DNA of 64,000 nucleotides from a virus (IMGVR_UViG_3300028888_000043:201756-265755), one strand, 5' to 3'; shown: positions 29,985 through 39,167, counted from the first letter of the stretch. The notes: generated by a model from the letters alone, not told the origin. Numbers and translations: made by a program.

Positions 29985-30733
29985 GCATTAAACCAGTCTC
30001 TTGTGTATTCTCTGTATTTCTTGAAGTTGACAAGGTTGTTGAGATTGGCAGGAAGTGCTATGCTACATCCATCATAGAATGTCCAACCAACAAAATCCTC
30101 ATCCCTCAATTCCGGGAAGTCGTCACATATGGAGTCTATGAATTCCTCAATTTCAAAGCCATCATTGTCACAGGCATATGAATATACATCTCCCTCATCA
30201 ATGAGTTTTAACAGATAATCTCCACCATAATCACATTTCCTGTCAGCTGCACCGATGATGATTGATTTTGTAGAAGGTGCATGACTGAAATACTGTCCTA
30301 CTTCCTTTAACTTGGTAGCAATACCTCTGCATAGTGAGATATAATCCTCTTCTGATACCTCATTGGCAATATCCTCTTCATATTCAACAAGGTTATCATA
30401 TGTGTAGAAATCCGCTATAAGTGAATCTCCATGTTTGCTATCATATATGAGATAGTCATATGGTGCTTTCCAATTTGATATATTTACCATCTCATCAGGA
30501 GAGAAATTCATATATCTTGCATTGTCAATGGAAACACCATAAGTGAGGTTGGGATTCTTCTCCAATATTTCTTTTATCCAATAATCATATCTACAGGATG
30601 AGTCCTTGATGATGATATCCACTCCAAGACAAGTGGAGACTTTCTTTCCGTCTTCCTTTCTGATGACATCTCCATTGCTTCTCCTGTGTATGTCTGCCCA
30701 GACGGATTCATCAACTTTACTTAATTTCTTCAT
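29981..30733 (-). CDS. SVWADIH-tag protein, unknown cargo
   Basis: Tag at 30709-30650; first gene behind late promoter 30757-30764. Confidence 0.75.
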   Translation of the reverse strand: MKKLSKVDESVWADIHRRSNGDVIRKEDGKKVSTCLGVDIIIKDSSCRYDYWIKEILEKNPNLTYGVSIDNARYMNFSPDEMVNISNWKAPYDYLIYDSKHGDSLIADFYTYDNLVEYEEDIANEVSEEDYISLCRGIATKLKEVGQYFSHAPSTKSIIIGAADRKCDYGGDYLLKLIDEGDVYSYACDNDGFEIEEFIDSICDDFPELRDEDFVGWTFYDGCSIALPANLNNLVNFKKYREYTRDWFNA

Positions 30734-30756
30734 ATTTTTTAAAATAACAGATATAA

Positions 30757-30781
30757 TATTTATGAGGTTTTGTTATATTTA
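30757..30781. promoter_or_regulatory. Back-to-back late (CATAAATA, -) and early/middle (TTTGTTATATTTA, +) promoters
   Basis: 30757-30764 and 30769-30781. Confidence 0.7.
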
Positions 30782-30819
30782 GATTGTTGAAAGACATTAA
30801 ATCTTAAAGTTATATAAGT

Positions 30820-31614
30820 ATGTTTGAAAAAGTAAATCCAATGCATCCTGATAAGGTTGCTGACCGTATTGCAGGTGCTCTTGTTGACCTTGCCTATGCC
30901 AACCAGGAAAATCCGAAGGTCGCAGTTGAAGTACTTCTTGGTCATGGTAAATGTACCATCATCACAGAGTCCAGTTTCAAGTACACAAAGGAGAATGTCC
31001 TTCCAATCGTTCAGAGAATTGCAGGAGATGAAGTGAAACTTGATCTCAAGGCAGTTCCTCAGGATGAACATCTTGCTCATAATCAGGATGGTCAGGTCCG
31101 TTGTGGTGATAACGGTATCTTCAAGGGTATGCCTCTCACCAATGAGGAAATGGAACTGTCTGAAATCGCCCAGAAGATTTATGAGATGTATCCAACCGAT
31201 GGCAAGTACATCATTGATGATGACACCAATACTCTCATTGTGTGCCAGAGTTGCTGTAACTCTGATGAACTCAAGAATGAACTGGAGTATCTGTATCCTG
31301 ATTACAAGGTGATTGTCAACCCTCTGGGTGACTGGACCGGAGGTACCAATGTGGACACCGGCTGCACCAACAGGAAACTTGGTTCTGATATGGGACGCTC
31401 TGTCACAGGTGGTGGACTTCATGGAAAGGATGTATCAAAGGCGGATGTATCTGTGAATATCTATGCCTACCTCCATTCTCCACAGGAACTGTTTTGCGCC
31501 ATTGGTGATACTGATGTGAATGGTATTCCTTATTCACAGATTGTCCAGGAGGCCAAGGAATATATTGATTCCATTGGTGGGTTTGAGGCACTGGCTGAAT
31601 GGGGACTTATCTAA
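30820..31614 (+). CDS. metK: S-adenosylmethionine synthetase, compact form
   Basis: HPDKVADRI, GDNG, GCTNRKL, GGGLHGKDVSKAD. Confidence 0.9.
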   Translation: MFEKVNPMHPDKVADRIAGALVDLAYANQENPKVAVEVLLGHGKCTIITESSFKYTKENVLPIVQRIAGDEVKLDLKAVPQDEHLAHNQDGQVRCGDNGIFKGMPLTNEEMELSEIAQKIYEMYPTDGKYIIDDDTNTLIVCQSCCNSDELKNELEYLYPDYKVIVNPLGDWTGGTNVDTGCTNRKLGSDMGRSVTGGGLHGKDVSKADVSVNIYAYLHSPQELFCAIGDTDVNGIPYSQIVQEAKEYIDSIGGFEALAEWGLI

Positions 31615-31661
31615 TCCTGTAACTGATTGTCAATGAAGGGGGTGAGATAATTACCTCCTTT

Positions 31662-31674
31662 GTTGTTATATTTA
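31662..31674 (+). promoter_or_regulatory. Early/middle promoter motif GTTGTTATATTTA
   Basis: Ends 4 nt before ATG 31679; follows a hairpin at ~31636-31661. Confidence 0.5.
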
Positions 31675-31678
31675 ATAT

Positions 31679-32740
31679 ATGGAAAATAGAAAGATTTGGC
31701 TTATTGCTGACACACATTTTGGATATAAGGGAGATGATGAGGAGTGGCTTGATGACTATGCTGGTTACTTTGAGGATGTTCTGATTCCACTTATGAAGGA
31801 AGAGGCAGGGAAAGATGATATCCTTGTCCACTGCGGTGATGTGTTTGACAACCGGTCTATCCTTGGACTCAACACCATCAACAGGGTGATTTCCATATTT
31901 GAGAAATTTTCTGAAATATTCAGTGACATCAGGATTACTGTCGGTAACCATGATATGCTGAAAAAGTCAAGTACTTATACCACATCTGTCAATATCCTGA
32001 AATACATCCCACATGTAAAGGTCTATTATACACCACAGGTGGATGTGATAGATGGGAAGACAATCCTGTTCAATCCCTGGATTGAAGACCCGGAAAAAGA
32101 ACATGAGGTTCTTACTGGTGTCAATGTTGATTATGTGTTTGGTCATCTTGAAATCGGAGGTTCATTGATGTCCAACAGGTCAGGTGTGAAGGTGAAACTC
32201 GGAAGCGGGGTCAAGAAAAGTGACTTCAAGAATGCACAGGTCTATGCTGGTCATATCCACATCAAACAGGATGATAAGAACATCCATTATATAGGAAACC
32301 CTTATCACAAGGACAGGGGAGATCGTGAGAATGTGAAGGGTATTACTGTTCTTGACATCAAGACTGGTGAGACAAGGTTCATTGAGAATACCATATCTCC
32401 AAGGTTTATGAAGGAATCCATCTATGATATTATGAATTTAACTGTTGGAGACCTTAAAGAGAGATGGAACAATAACAGGATAGAGTTACATATAAAGAGT
32501 AATGAGATTGTGAAATGTACTTTTGATGCACTTTCATCTGCCCTTAATTATTGTTATAGGAGTTTTAGTGTCATTGGTGATGATGTGGTAATGGAACTTG
32601 ATACATCTGGAACTGTGAGTTTTGATGATGCCAAGAGTAGTGATGACTATATAGTTGATTTCCTTCAAAATCAGGATCTCACAGATGAGATGATGAAGAG
32701 TGTGCAGGATAAGATGAATGAATACAAGGAAAGGTTATGA
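31679..32740 (+). CDS. gp47: Recombination nuclease subunit gp47 (SbcD/Mre11-like)
   Basis: ADTHFG, GDVFD, GNHD, GHLE, GHIH metallophosphoesterase motifs. Confidence 0.88.
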   Translation: MENRKIWLIADTHFGYKGDDEEWLDDYAGYFEDVLIPLMKEEAGKDDILVHCGDVFDNRSILGLNTINRVISIFEKFSEIFSDIRITVGNHDMLKKSSTYTTSVNILKYIPHVKVYYTPQVDVIDGKTILFNPWIEDPEKEHEVLTGVNVDYVFGHLEIGGSLMSNRSGVKVKLGSGVKKSDFKNAQVYAGHIHIKQDDKNIHYIGNPYHKDRGDRENVKGITVLDIKTGETRFIENTISPRFMKESIYDIMNLTVGDLKERWNNNRIELHIKSNEIVKCTFDALSSALNYCYRSFSVIGDDVVMELDTSGTVSFDDAKSSDDYIVDFLQNQDLTDEMMKSVQDKMNEYKERL

Positions 32741-33006
32741 TAAAGTTTCAGGCTGTAAATGATACTATCATATTGATAAAGGACAAGGGTGTGAATGATT
32801 CTCCTCTTATTCTTCCACAACAGCAATCACAGAATATGTATGAGATACCTGAACCATACACAGGAATCATAGACAGTGTTGGAATGGAGAATGAATGGAA
32901 GAAAGGAGACCATATTGCTTTCTGTGACATTGGTGGCGTCTATATGAAAGTAGATGATGTTGAGTATGTGGTGATCACCCCGGAGATGGTTATAGGAAGA
33001 CTGTAA
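32737..33006 (+). CDS. GroES-like co-chaperonin
   Basis: QAVNDTIIL, LILP, GIIDSVG..KKGD, YVVI..EMVIG. Confidence 0.7.
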   Translation: MIKFQAVNDTIILIKDKGVNDSPLILPQQQSQNMYEIPEPYTGIIDSVGMENEWKKGDHIAFCDIGGVYMKVDDVEYVVITPEMVIGRL

Positions 33007-33046
33007 CATTTGGATTTATTGAAAAAAATCATTATATTTGTATTGT

Positions 33047-33190
33047 ATGTATAAGCAAATGTATGGTAAGACATTTCAATCAAAAAGAGAGTTTTTCAAA
33101 TGGCTTGAACAGAATGAAGACAAGATTGATTGGGATGAGGATGTTGAGTTAGGATGGTATTATAAAGAAGAGGAGGAAGACGAAGAATGA
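33047..33190 (+). CDS. 47-aa acidic protein (not in ORF track)
   Basis: MYKQMYGKTFQSKREFFKWLEQNEDKIDWDEDVELGWYYKEEEEDEE; TATATTTG at 33033-33040; ATGA overlap with next gene. Confidence 0.6.
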   Translation: MYKQMYGKTFQSKREFFKWLEQNEDKIDWDEDVELGWYYKEEEEDEE

Positions 33191-34053
33191 ATTTAGATGA
33201 GATATTTGGTAACTCTTTTGAGAAGAAAATGACTGACGAGAATGTCATCAAGGAAAAGGTGAGTTCTTGTAGGTCTCTCATATTGGAGAAGTTCGGGGAC
33301 ATCAAGTTTCTTGAAGAGGGACATCAGTATTTTATTGGTGAGCAGGAATATATACCTGTGAGTCACATCATCAAGGAATATGAACCTGTTGTGGATTGGG
33401 ACCAGAAGGCCACAGATTATGCGGCAAAGTGGCACAAGAAGAAAGAGGATGTACAGAGGGACTGGAAACTGAACAACCTGAAATCAACCATCTCCGGGAC
33501 AAGGACTCACTATTTTGGTGAAAGTTATACCAATCTTCTCATCGGTCATCCTGAACTCATCTGTGAGCAGAACAAACCACAGTACATCAAGGAGTACAAC
33601 ACGATGGTACCCACCTATCCAAAGGAGGAGGCTGTGGTCAAGTTCTACAATGAACTGTCAAGTAACCTTCATCCTGTCGGGGCGGAATTCAAACTATCGA
33701 CCGAGTACATTCAGGATGCCAGACATATTTGCGGTACCTGTGACCTTCTGTTCTACAACAGTGAACTGGATGGTTTTGTCATTGGTGACTGGAAGACTAA
33801 CAAATCCTTGATTAAGGAATATTCCAGGTCTTACGGGATTATGATGGAGGGAGTGATGTCCAAGTACTATGATGAACCGCTTTCGCATTACATCCTTCAG
33901 TTCAACATCTACCAGAGACTGTTGGAATCTATTGGTATCAAAATCATTGACAGGATGCTCTTGTGGTTGAAGGATGATGGGACATATGAACAGATTTGGA
34001 TAGAAAAGATACCAGACCAGGTGATTGATAAAATCCTGAAAGGCGTGAAGTAA
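33187..34053 (+). CDS. PD-(D/E)XK superfamily exonuclease
   Basis: GTRTH, AEFKL, GTCDLL, IGDWKT, LQFNIY. Confidence 0.85.
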   Translation: MNLDEIFGNSFEKKMTDENVIKEKVSSCRSLILEKFGDIKFLEEGHQYFIGEQEYIPVSHIIKEYEPVVDWDQKATDYAAKWHKKKEDVQRDWKLNNLKSTISGTRTHYFGESYTNLLIGHPELICEQNKPQYIKEYNTMVPTYPKEEAVVKFYNELSSNLHPVGAEFKLSTEYIQDARHICGTCDLLFYNSELDGFVIGDWKTNKSLIKEYSRSYGIMMEGVMSKYYDEPLSHYILQFNIYQRLLESIGIKIIDRMLLWLKDDGTYEQIWIEKIPDQVIDKILKGVK

Positions 34054-34065
34054 TTCACGCCTTTT
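34039..34065 (+). terminator. Intrinsic terminator
   Basis: AAAGGCGTGAA-gtaa-TTCACGCCTTTT. Confidence 0.75.
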
Positions 34066-34067
34066 CT

Positions 34068-34075
34068 CATAAATA
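34068..34075 (+). promoter_or_regulatory. Late promoter CATAAATA
   Basis: Upstream of the 1029-aa tag polyprotein. Confidence 0.75.
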
Positions 34076-34091
34076 CCAGTATAAGTGACAC

Positions 34092-37000
34092 TTGTTTATG
34101 AAGACTGTTGAAAGACATAAGAAGACTGATTTCGGTGATGTATGGTATGTAAATGCTATTGATGGAACTTATAGGTTCGCTGTGTACAAGTATGATGATG
34201 ACGATGATACCATTTATCTGTCTAATGTGTTTGTCAAGGAAGACAGTAGGAGACAGGGTTATGGTAATGAGATTCTTGCTGCTGCGGAAGATTATGCCAA
34301 TAGACTCGGTGCAAGTGTCATATGTTTGAAGGTGTTGAGTGGATCCGATGTACACAGGTGGTACAAGAGACATGGTTATGAAGACCTGGAAAAGGATGAG
34401 GAAGAAAGAGGATATATGTGGATGAAGAAGGAGTTGAAGAGAGTGAATGAATCAATTTGGGCAGATATACACCGCAGGAGTACAGGTGAACAGGTCAAGA
34501 AGGAAGATGAGATGACTCAAAAAGACCTTGATGACCTTGATAAGTATATTATGCATTTTGCAAGTGAAGTGGTATATGGTCAGGGTATGGGTGAAGAGGC
34601 TGCTACCCTTGACAATTTCTGTGACCATATAAGACAGGACTATGATGTCAATTCAGACAAGGACAAAATCATTGAATATGTAAAAAAAGTATGGTTTGAT
34701 GAATTGTGTGATGATGTGACCGGTACAATAGAACAGGTACAGAAAGAGTATAATCAGGATATGTATGAATCAGTCTGGGCTGACATACATAAGAGAAGTA
34801 ATGGTGAACAGGTAAGGAAAGAGGATGATGTAAATATTCTTGACCTTGAGGAATTTTATGAATATATTAAAAAACATTATAAGAACAAGGTTGAATATAT
34901 TGACCTGGAATCAATGGGTGGAGGAAATGGAGATGTTCTTGGAGTTGACATTACAGAAAACATTATATTATTCTACAAGCCCAAAAGGGGTCATATCCTA
35001 TTAAGTTGGTCAAAGGTAAAAATACCCATGCCTTTTTTTGATGAATTTGCTGACAGATTTAAGATAGAGAATCCAAATGCAATGAGGAGAATAATAACTG
35101 AAAATGATGGGAGTTGTACAAACAAGACATTCATAGATGTCATTGATTTCTTCCTTAATCATAAGGAAAGTTTGATTAATGAATCTGTCTGGGCTGACAT
35201 ACATAAGAGAAGTAATGGTGATGTTGTAAGAAAGGAAGATGATGTCAATCTTCTTGATAAAGATGGCTTATATGAATATCTGATATCACATTATAAACCA
35301 GTTGAAGGTATAGATATTAAAAGTTATATATTTTGTGGTAATAGTTATATAAATTTGTGTGTATTTACATATCCTACAGAGACAAGATATTCAATACTTT
35401 TAGATATATTGAATTTTAGGGTAAAAGTAAGAACTCCTTATATAAAAAGATGGCCTGCTAATCTTCTTGATATGATATACAAAAAATATAATAGAGAAGA
35501 TATTATTGATAAAAATAGAGACCATATGACTTTTATTACACCAAAAGAGGGTAAAGGAAACAATCAATTTTATATTGATTTTTTGGATATGATATTGAAT
35601 AATGTTGATAAACCATTGTTGAAGAAAGCAATCAATGAATCCATCTGGGTTGACATACATAAGAGAAGTAATGGTGAGGCCATCCGTAAGGAAGATGAGA
35701 ATCTGTCTGATGAAGATTGTGATTTCTTGGATGACTGCCTTATGGAGTTTGCTTCAAGGGTTGTATGGGATGGTGAGAAAGCCAGCCGGGAGAAATTATC
35801 CAATTGTATCAGGAAACAGTCTAATACATATAAGGACATTGATGTAGAAAAGGTCATAAAATATGTTGAAGACCATTGGGGTGAAGTATCTAAAGAACTT
35901 GATAGTCTTATTGCACAGGAAGAAAAAGAAAAGAGAAACGGTATGTATGAATCCGTTTGGAAAGATATGCACCAGAGAAGTAATGGTGACCAGGTAAGGA
36001 AAGAGGATGATTGCTTAATTGATGAAAATGAATTGGATCAGGATTCTTTAATATGCATCAGCAGGTATGCTATACTGTCAGTCTATTATGATAAGTATGA
36101 TGGAAAACCTGAAACTTTCTTAAAGTGTATTGAAAATTGGGATGACAATATATCTATCAGAGCTCAATTATATGATAAAAAGAAAGGTGAATATGTTGAT
36201 CCGGTAAAAGTGATACCTCCATTCATCAAGAAAAATTGGAAAACAGGTAAATCATATGAATCAGATGTCAATAAGAAAGTATCTGATGTGGAGGATGAAA
36301 TTAGAAAGACCGGATTTATAAAGAAACCAGGAGAGAGTATAAATGATACTTTATCAAAATGGTTTGATGATAATAAGGATCTTATTTCGGAAGAATATTG
36401 TGATTCTATTGAAGAATATGCCGAGACATATTATAGTGAAGGTGGTTCAAGGTTTACAGAAGTTGGTGTAGAAGAATGGTGGGATAGTTTGGAATATATT
36501 GATCAGGTAAAAATATATCAGGAACATATGAAAAACACAAATGAGTCTGTCTGGAAAGATATTCATCAGAGAAGTACAGGTGAGCAGGTAAGGAAAGAGG
36601 ATGAATTGCTGAATGACAAGGAAAACCAGATACTCAAACAGACTGCAAAGATGTTCAAGAATGCAGTTCGGGTATCAAAGTATAATGATGATGAAGAAGG
36701 TTATGATTACAGTGACTCCAAGGAGGATTTCATATATTATATTGAACAAAGGAAGGGAGAGATGTTCTGGACAGGTGTGAAGGAAGATGTATATGACAAA
36801 ATCATAGACTATGTGAACAAGAAGTGGACAGATGGTTGCAATGGTATAGATGAATTTATAAGTGAATATATATATGAGTGTGATGGCGTCCCTGGTGGAA
36901 TCACTCCCGCTGATGTTGGAGGTATGGGTGCAATCTCCTTCCCTGGTGCAGATGGTACTCCAGGTTCAGGAGACATCCCTATGCCGACAGGTCATGTCTA

Positions 37001-37181
37001 TCAACAGGTTGCCCCGTTTGGTATTTTCATCAGGGCAAAGAAAGGAAAGAAGAGAAAGAAGAAGTTCAGGAAGGAAGATGAACCTTGTGCTCATTCACCA
37101 AATGCGAAGGTCTATGACTATGTGGATGACTACCGTGAATATGTGGACAGGACATACAACAATATGGATAGAAGAAAGTAG
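34092..37181 (+). CDS. GNAT acetyltransferase domain plus six SVWADIH-tagged modules (putative polyprotein; ATG start probably 34098)
   Basis: GNAT: LSNVFVKEDSRRQGYG..WYKRHGY; tags start at 34449, 34767, 35181, 35637, 35949, 36543. Confidence 0.8.
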   Translation: MFMKTVERHKKTDFGDVWYVNAIDGTYRFAVYKYDDDDDTIYLSNVFVKEDSRRQGYGNEILAAAEDYANRLGASVICLKVLSGSDVHRWYKRHGYEDLEKDEEERGYMWMKKELKRVNESIWADIHRRSTGEQVKKEDEMTQKDLDDLDKYIMHFASEVVYGQGMGEEAATLDNFCDHIRQDYDVNSDKDKIIEYVKKVWFDELCDDVTGTIEQVQKEYNQDMYESVWADIHKRSNGEQVRKEDDVNILDLEEFYEYIKKHYKNKVEYIDLESMGGGNGDVLGVDITENIILFYKPKRGHILLSWSKVKIPMPFFDEFADRFKIENPNAMRRIITENDGSCTNKTFIDVIDFFLNHKESLINESVWADIHKRSNGDVVRKEDDVNLLDKDGLYEYLISHYKPVEGIDIKSYIFCGNSYINLCVFTYPTETRYSILLDILNFRVKVRTPYIKRWPANLLDMIYKKYNREDIIDKNRDHMTFITPKEGKGNNQFYIDFLDMILNNVDKPLLKKAINESIWVDIHKRSNGEAIRKEDENLSDEDCDFLDDCLMEFASRVVWDGEKASREKLSNCIRKQSNTYKDIDVEKVIKYVEDHWGEVSKELDSLIAQEEKEKRNGMYESVWKDMHQRSNGDQVRKEDDCLIDENELDQDSLICISRYAILSVYYDKYDGKPETFLKCIENWDDNISIRAQLYDKKKGEYVDPVKVIPPFIKKNWKTGKSYESDVNKKVSDVEDEIRKTGFIKKPGESINDTLSKWFDDNKDLISEEYCDSIEEYAETYYSEGGSRFTEVGVEEWWDSLEYIDQVKIYQEHMKNTNESVWKDIHQRSTGEQVRKEDELLNDKENQILKQTAKMFKNAVRVSKYNDDEEGYDYSDSKEDFIYYIEQRKGEMFWTGVKEDVYDKIIDYVNKKWTDGCNGIDEFISEYIYECDGVPGGITPADVGGMGAISFPGADGTPGSGDIPMPTGHVYQQVAPFGIFIRAKKGKKRKKKFRKEDEPCAHSPNAKVYDYVDDYREYVDRTYNNMDRRK
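34449..36602 (+). repeat. Six dispersed 60-bp coding repeats (ESVWADIHKRSNGEQVRKED)
   Basis: Copies 2 and 3 share an identical 35 nt (34773-34807 = 35187-35221). Confidence 0.95.
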
Positions 37182-37202
37182 GATTAACACTCCTACTTTT
37201 TT
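37175..37202 (+). terminator. Intrinsic terminator
   Basis: AAAGTAGGA-ttaacac-TCCTACTTT followed by T-run. Confidence 0.7.
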
Positions 37203-37210
37203 CATAAATA
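37203..37210 (+). promoter_or_regulatory. Late promoter CATAAATA
   Basis: 26 nt upstream of rimK-like start. Confidence 0.75.
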
Positions 37211-37236
37211 CTATATTAAAATACAGATAGTATATT

Positions 37237-39000
37237 ATGAATTATAAAAGTAAAGGATATGCCCCTCTCAATGAGAGTAAAAAGGCAAAGAATATTCAGG
37301 TTGTTTTCCTGTCCAGTAGGGCAGAAAAGACAACAAAAAGTTCTAATTCAATGTTCTTCTTTGAGGATGCTGCAAAGAAGGCCGGATTGAAGATGATTAC
37401 AATCGACCCTTCTTCATCAGTCATTACAAAGAGTTCGGAAGAAGTTTACAGTGTTGTTGAGAATGGCGAGAACAAGAAAACATATGAGTTGAGTCCAACC
37501 AACACCATCATTGTTCCACGTCGTACTGTTTTAAAGAACATTGAGTCCAGGGATTTCCTCACAGAACTCCAGAATGATGGATTCTTTGTGTTGAATACAT
37601 TGGATGCCATTGACAACTGTGAGGATAAGTTCATCACCTATAAGAAACTGAAAGCTGCCGGCGTACCTACTCCGAGAACTGCTGTTGTGACCAGTTCTTC
37701 TATGAACAAGTTGGATGATAAGATCAATTCTGTCGGAGGTAATTTCCCTCTCATCATCAAGATTACAAAGGGAACACAGGGTATCGGTGTTGCACAGGTG
37801 GATTCCAAGATTTCCCTTAAATCTGTTCTCCAGGCTTTCTTTGCTATGACTCCGAAGGCGGATATCCTTCTTCAGGAGAAAATCAACTCTGATTATGATT
37901 TGAGAATCCATGTTCTCTACAAGGGATTTGAAAGGATGACTCCTGGTATTGAGAACTTTGAGATTATCGGTTGTATGAAGAGAAACCAGTTGGAGGGAGA
38001 CTTCCGTTCCAACTATTCCCTTGGATCAACCGCAGAGAAGGGTACTCTCACATCAGAACAGGAGAAGATTGCCAAGCAGGCATGCAAGGCAACAGGTTGC
38101 CGCTGGGCAGGTGTTGATATGATTATGGATTCCAGGACCAAGCAGTCTTATGTCATTGAGGTGAACTCATCTCCTGGTACCAAGGGTATCACAACCGCAG
38201 CTGGTGATGATGTGGTCGGTACATTGATGGATATGTTCAAGGACTTCAAGTACACCAAGTATGATTCTGACCAGATTGGCAGATATGAGACTGTCACATT
38301 GAAGGACCTCAATGATGGTGTTGATGCACCTATGAAGTTTGATGACAACAAGACTTTCACTGAGTTGCAGTGCAGTTCTGTCAATGCCAAGGATGATGAT
38401 GTCACTTTTGTGTTCAATGGTGTCACCTATACTCTTGAACTGTCAGGTATGAGGAAGGGAGACCCTATGGTTGAATTGAACATCAGGTTCAATGGTACTG
38501 TTTATAAGAATGAATTGGTTGTCTTGAAGACTGTCAATGACAATATCAACAAGAATATTGCAGTTGGTGGTAGCAAGCTCCTTCACAGGATTTCAGATAA
38601 GGCTGTTGTGGTTGAGAACTCATTTATCCTTACTGACAATACTACTGATTTTGAAGTACCTGTTGAGAAAGTTGAAGAGAGTGTTTCTCTCAATGAAAGC
38701 AAGGCGGTTGCCCTTTATGAGGACATCAGGCTTGGAGGATTGAAGAAACTCATCACCAGATACATCCAGGGCAGGCAGAATGAATATGAGAATGACAACT
38801 GGAAGATTTCAGGTCTCAATGAGGATAGGGATACCTGGACATTGAGTTATAATGGTGTCGATGTTGTTGACTGCAAGGAGAACTATGCATACTTTATCAA
38901 TGACTCTCTCTCTTATGAGGATGCCTGTAAGGTGGCAGGTGTTGTCGAGGCATTCTATGGACATGAGGTTGATTTGTCCAAGTATAAAAATGTAGAATAA
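37237..39000 (+). CDS. rimK: RimK-family ATP-grasp ligase fused to degenerate RimK-associated protease domain
   Basis: DKFITY..GVPTPRT, PLIIK..GTQGIGV, LLQEKI, DLRIHV, DFRSNYSLG, AGVD, IEVNSSPG; then IGRYE..MKFDD lacking DTG. Confidence 0.85.
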   Translation: MNYKSKGYAPLNESKKAKNIQVVFLSSRAEKTTKSSNSMFFFEDAAKKAGLKMITIDPSSSVITKSSEEVYSVVENGENKKTYELSPTNTIIVPRRTVLKNIESRDFLTELQNDGFFVLNTLDAIDNCEDKFITYKKLKAAGVPTPRTAVVTSSSMNKLDDKINSVGGNFPLIIKITKGTQGIGVAQVDSKISLKSVLQAFFAMTPKADILLQEKINSDYDLRIHVLYKGFERMTPGIENFEIIGCMKRNQLEGDFRSNYSLGSTAEKGTLTSEQEKIAKQACKATGCRWAGVDMIMDSRTKQSYVIEVNSSPGTKGITTAAGDDVVGTLMDMFKDFKYTKYDSDQIGRYETVTLKDLNDGVDAPMKFDDNKTFTELQCSSVNAKDDDVTFVFNGVTYTLELSGMRKGDPMVELNIRFNGTVYKNELVVLKTVNDNINKNIAVGGSKLLHRISDKAVVVENSFILTDNTTDFEVPVEKVEESVSLNESKAVALYEDIRLGGLKKLITRYIQGRQNEYENDNWKISGLNEDRDTWTLSYNGVDVVDCKENYAYFINDSLSYEDACKVAGVVEAFYGHEVDLSKYKNVE

Positions 39001-39001
39001 T

Positions 39002-39166
39002 ATGGGATGTAATTGTTCAAAGGACAAAACCACCTTGACTTTGAAACAGAAGATAAGAAGGGATTTCAAGCAGAAGGTGGCGGATGTGAAGAAAATCTGG
39101 CAGGATACATCAGAGAAGAAAATCACATCTACAAAAGATGAATTAGGATTCAAACCAAAAGAGTAA
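39002..39166 (+). CDS. 54-aa basic peptide MGCNCSK... (not in ORF track)
   Basis: Fills the gap between ligase and protease genes with 1-nt spacers on both sides. Confidence 0.65.
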   Translation: MGCNCSKDKTTLTLKQKIRRDFKQKVADVKKIWQDTSEKKITSTKDELGFKPKE

Positions 39167-39167
39167 T

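Noticed and set aside
30760-31422. 220-aa antisense ORF and the many other short overlapping ORFs in the track
   Set aside because: They shadow well-supported genes on the opposite strand or frame and have no motifs or promoters
33187-34053. Cas4 assignment
   Set aside because: No four-cysteine Fe-S pattern; a generic PD-(D/E)XK nuclease fits better
34449-36602. Tag repeats as a CRISPR array
   Set aside because: Repeats are in-frame, vary at synonymous sites and are separated by roughly 250-530 nt of coding sequence; no cas genes
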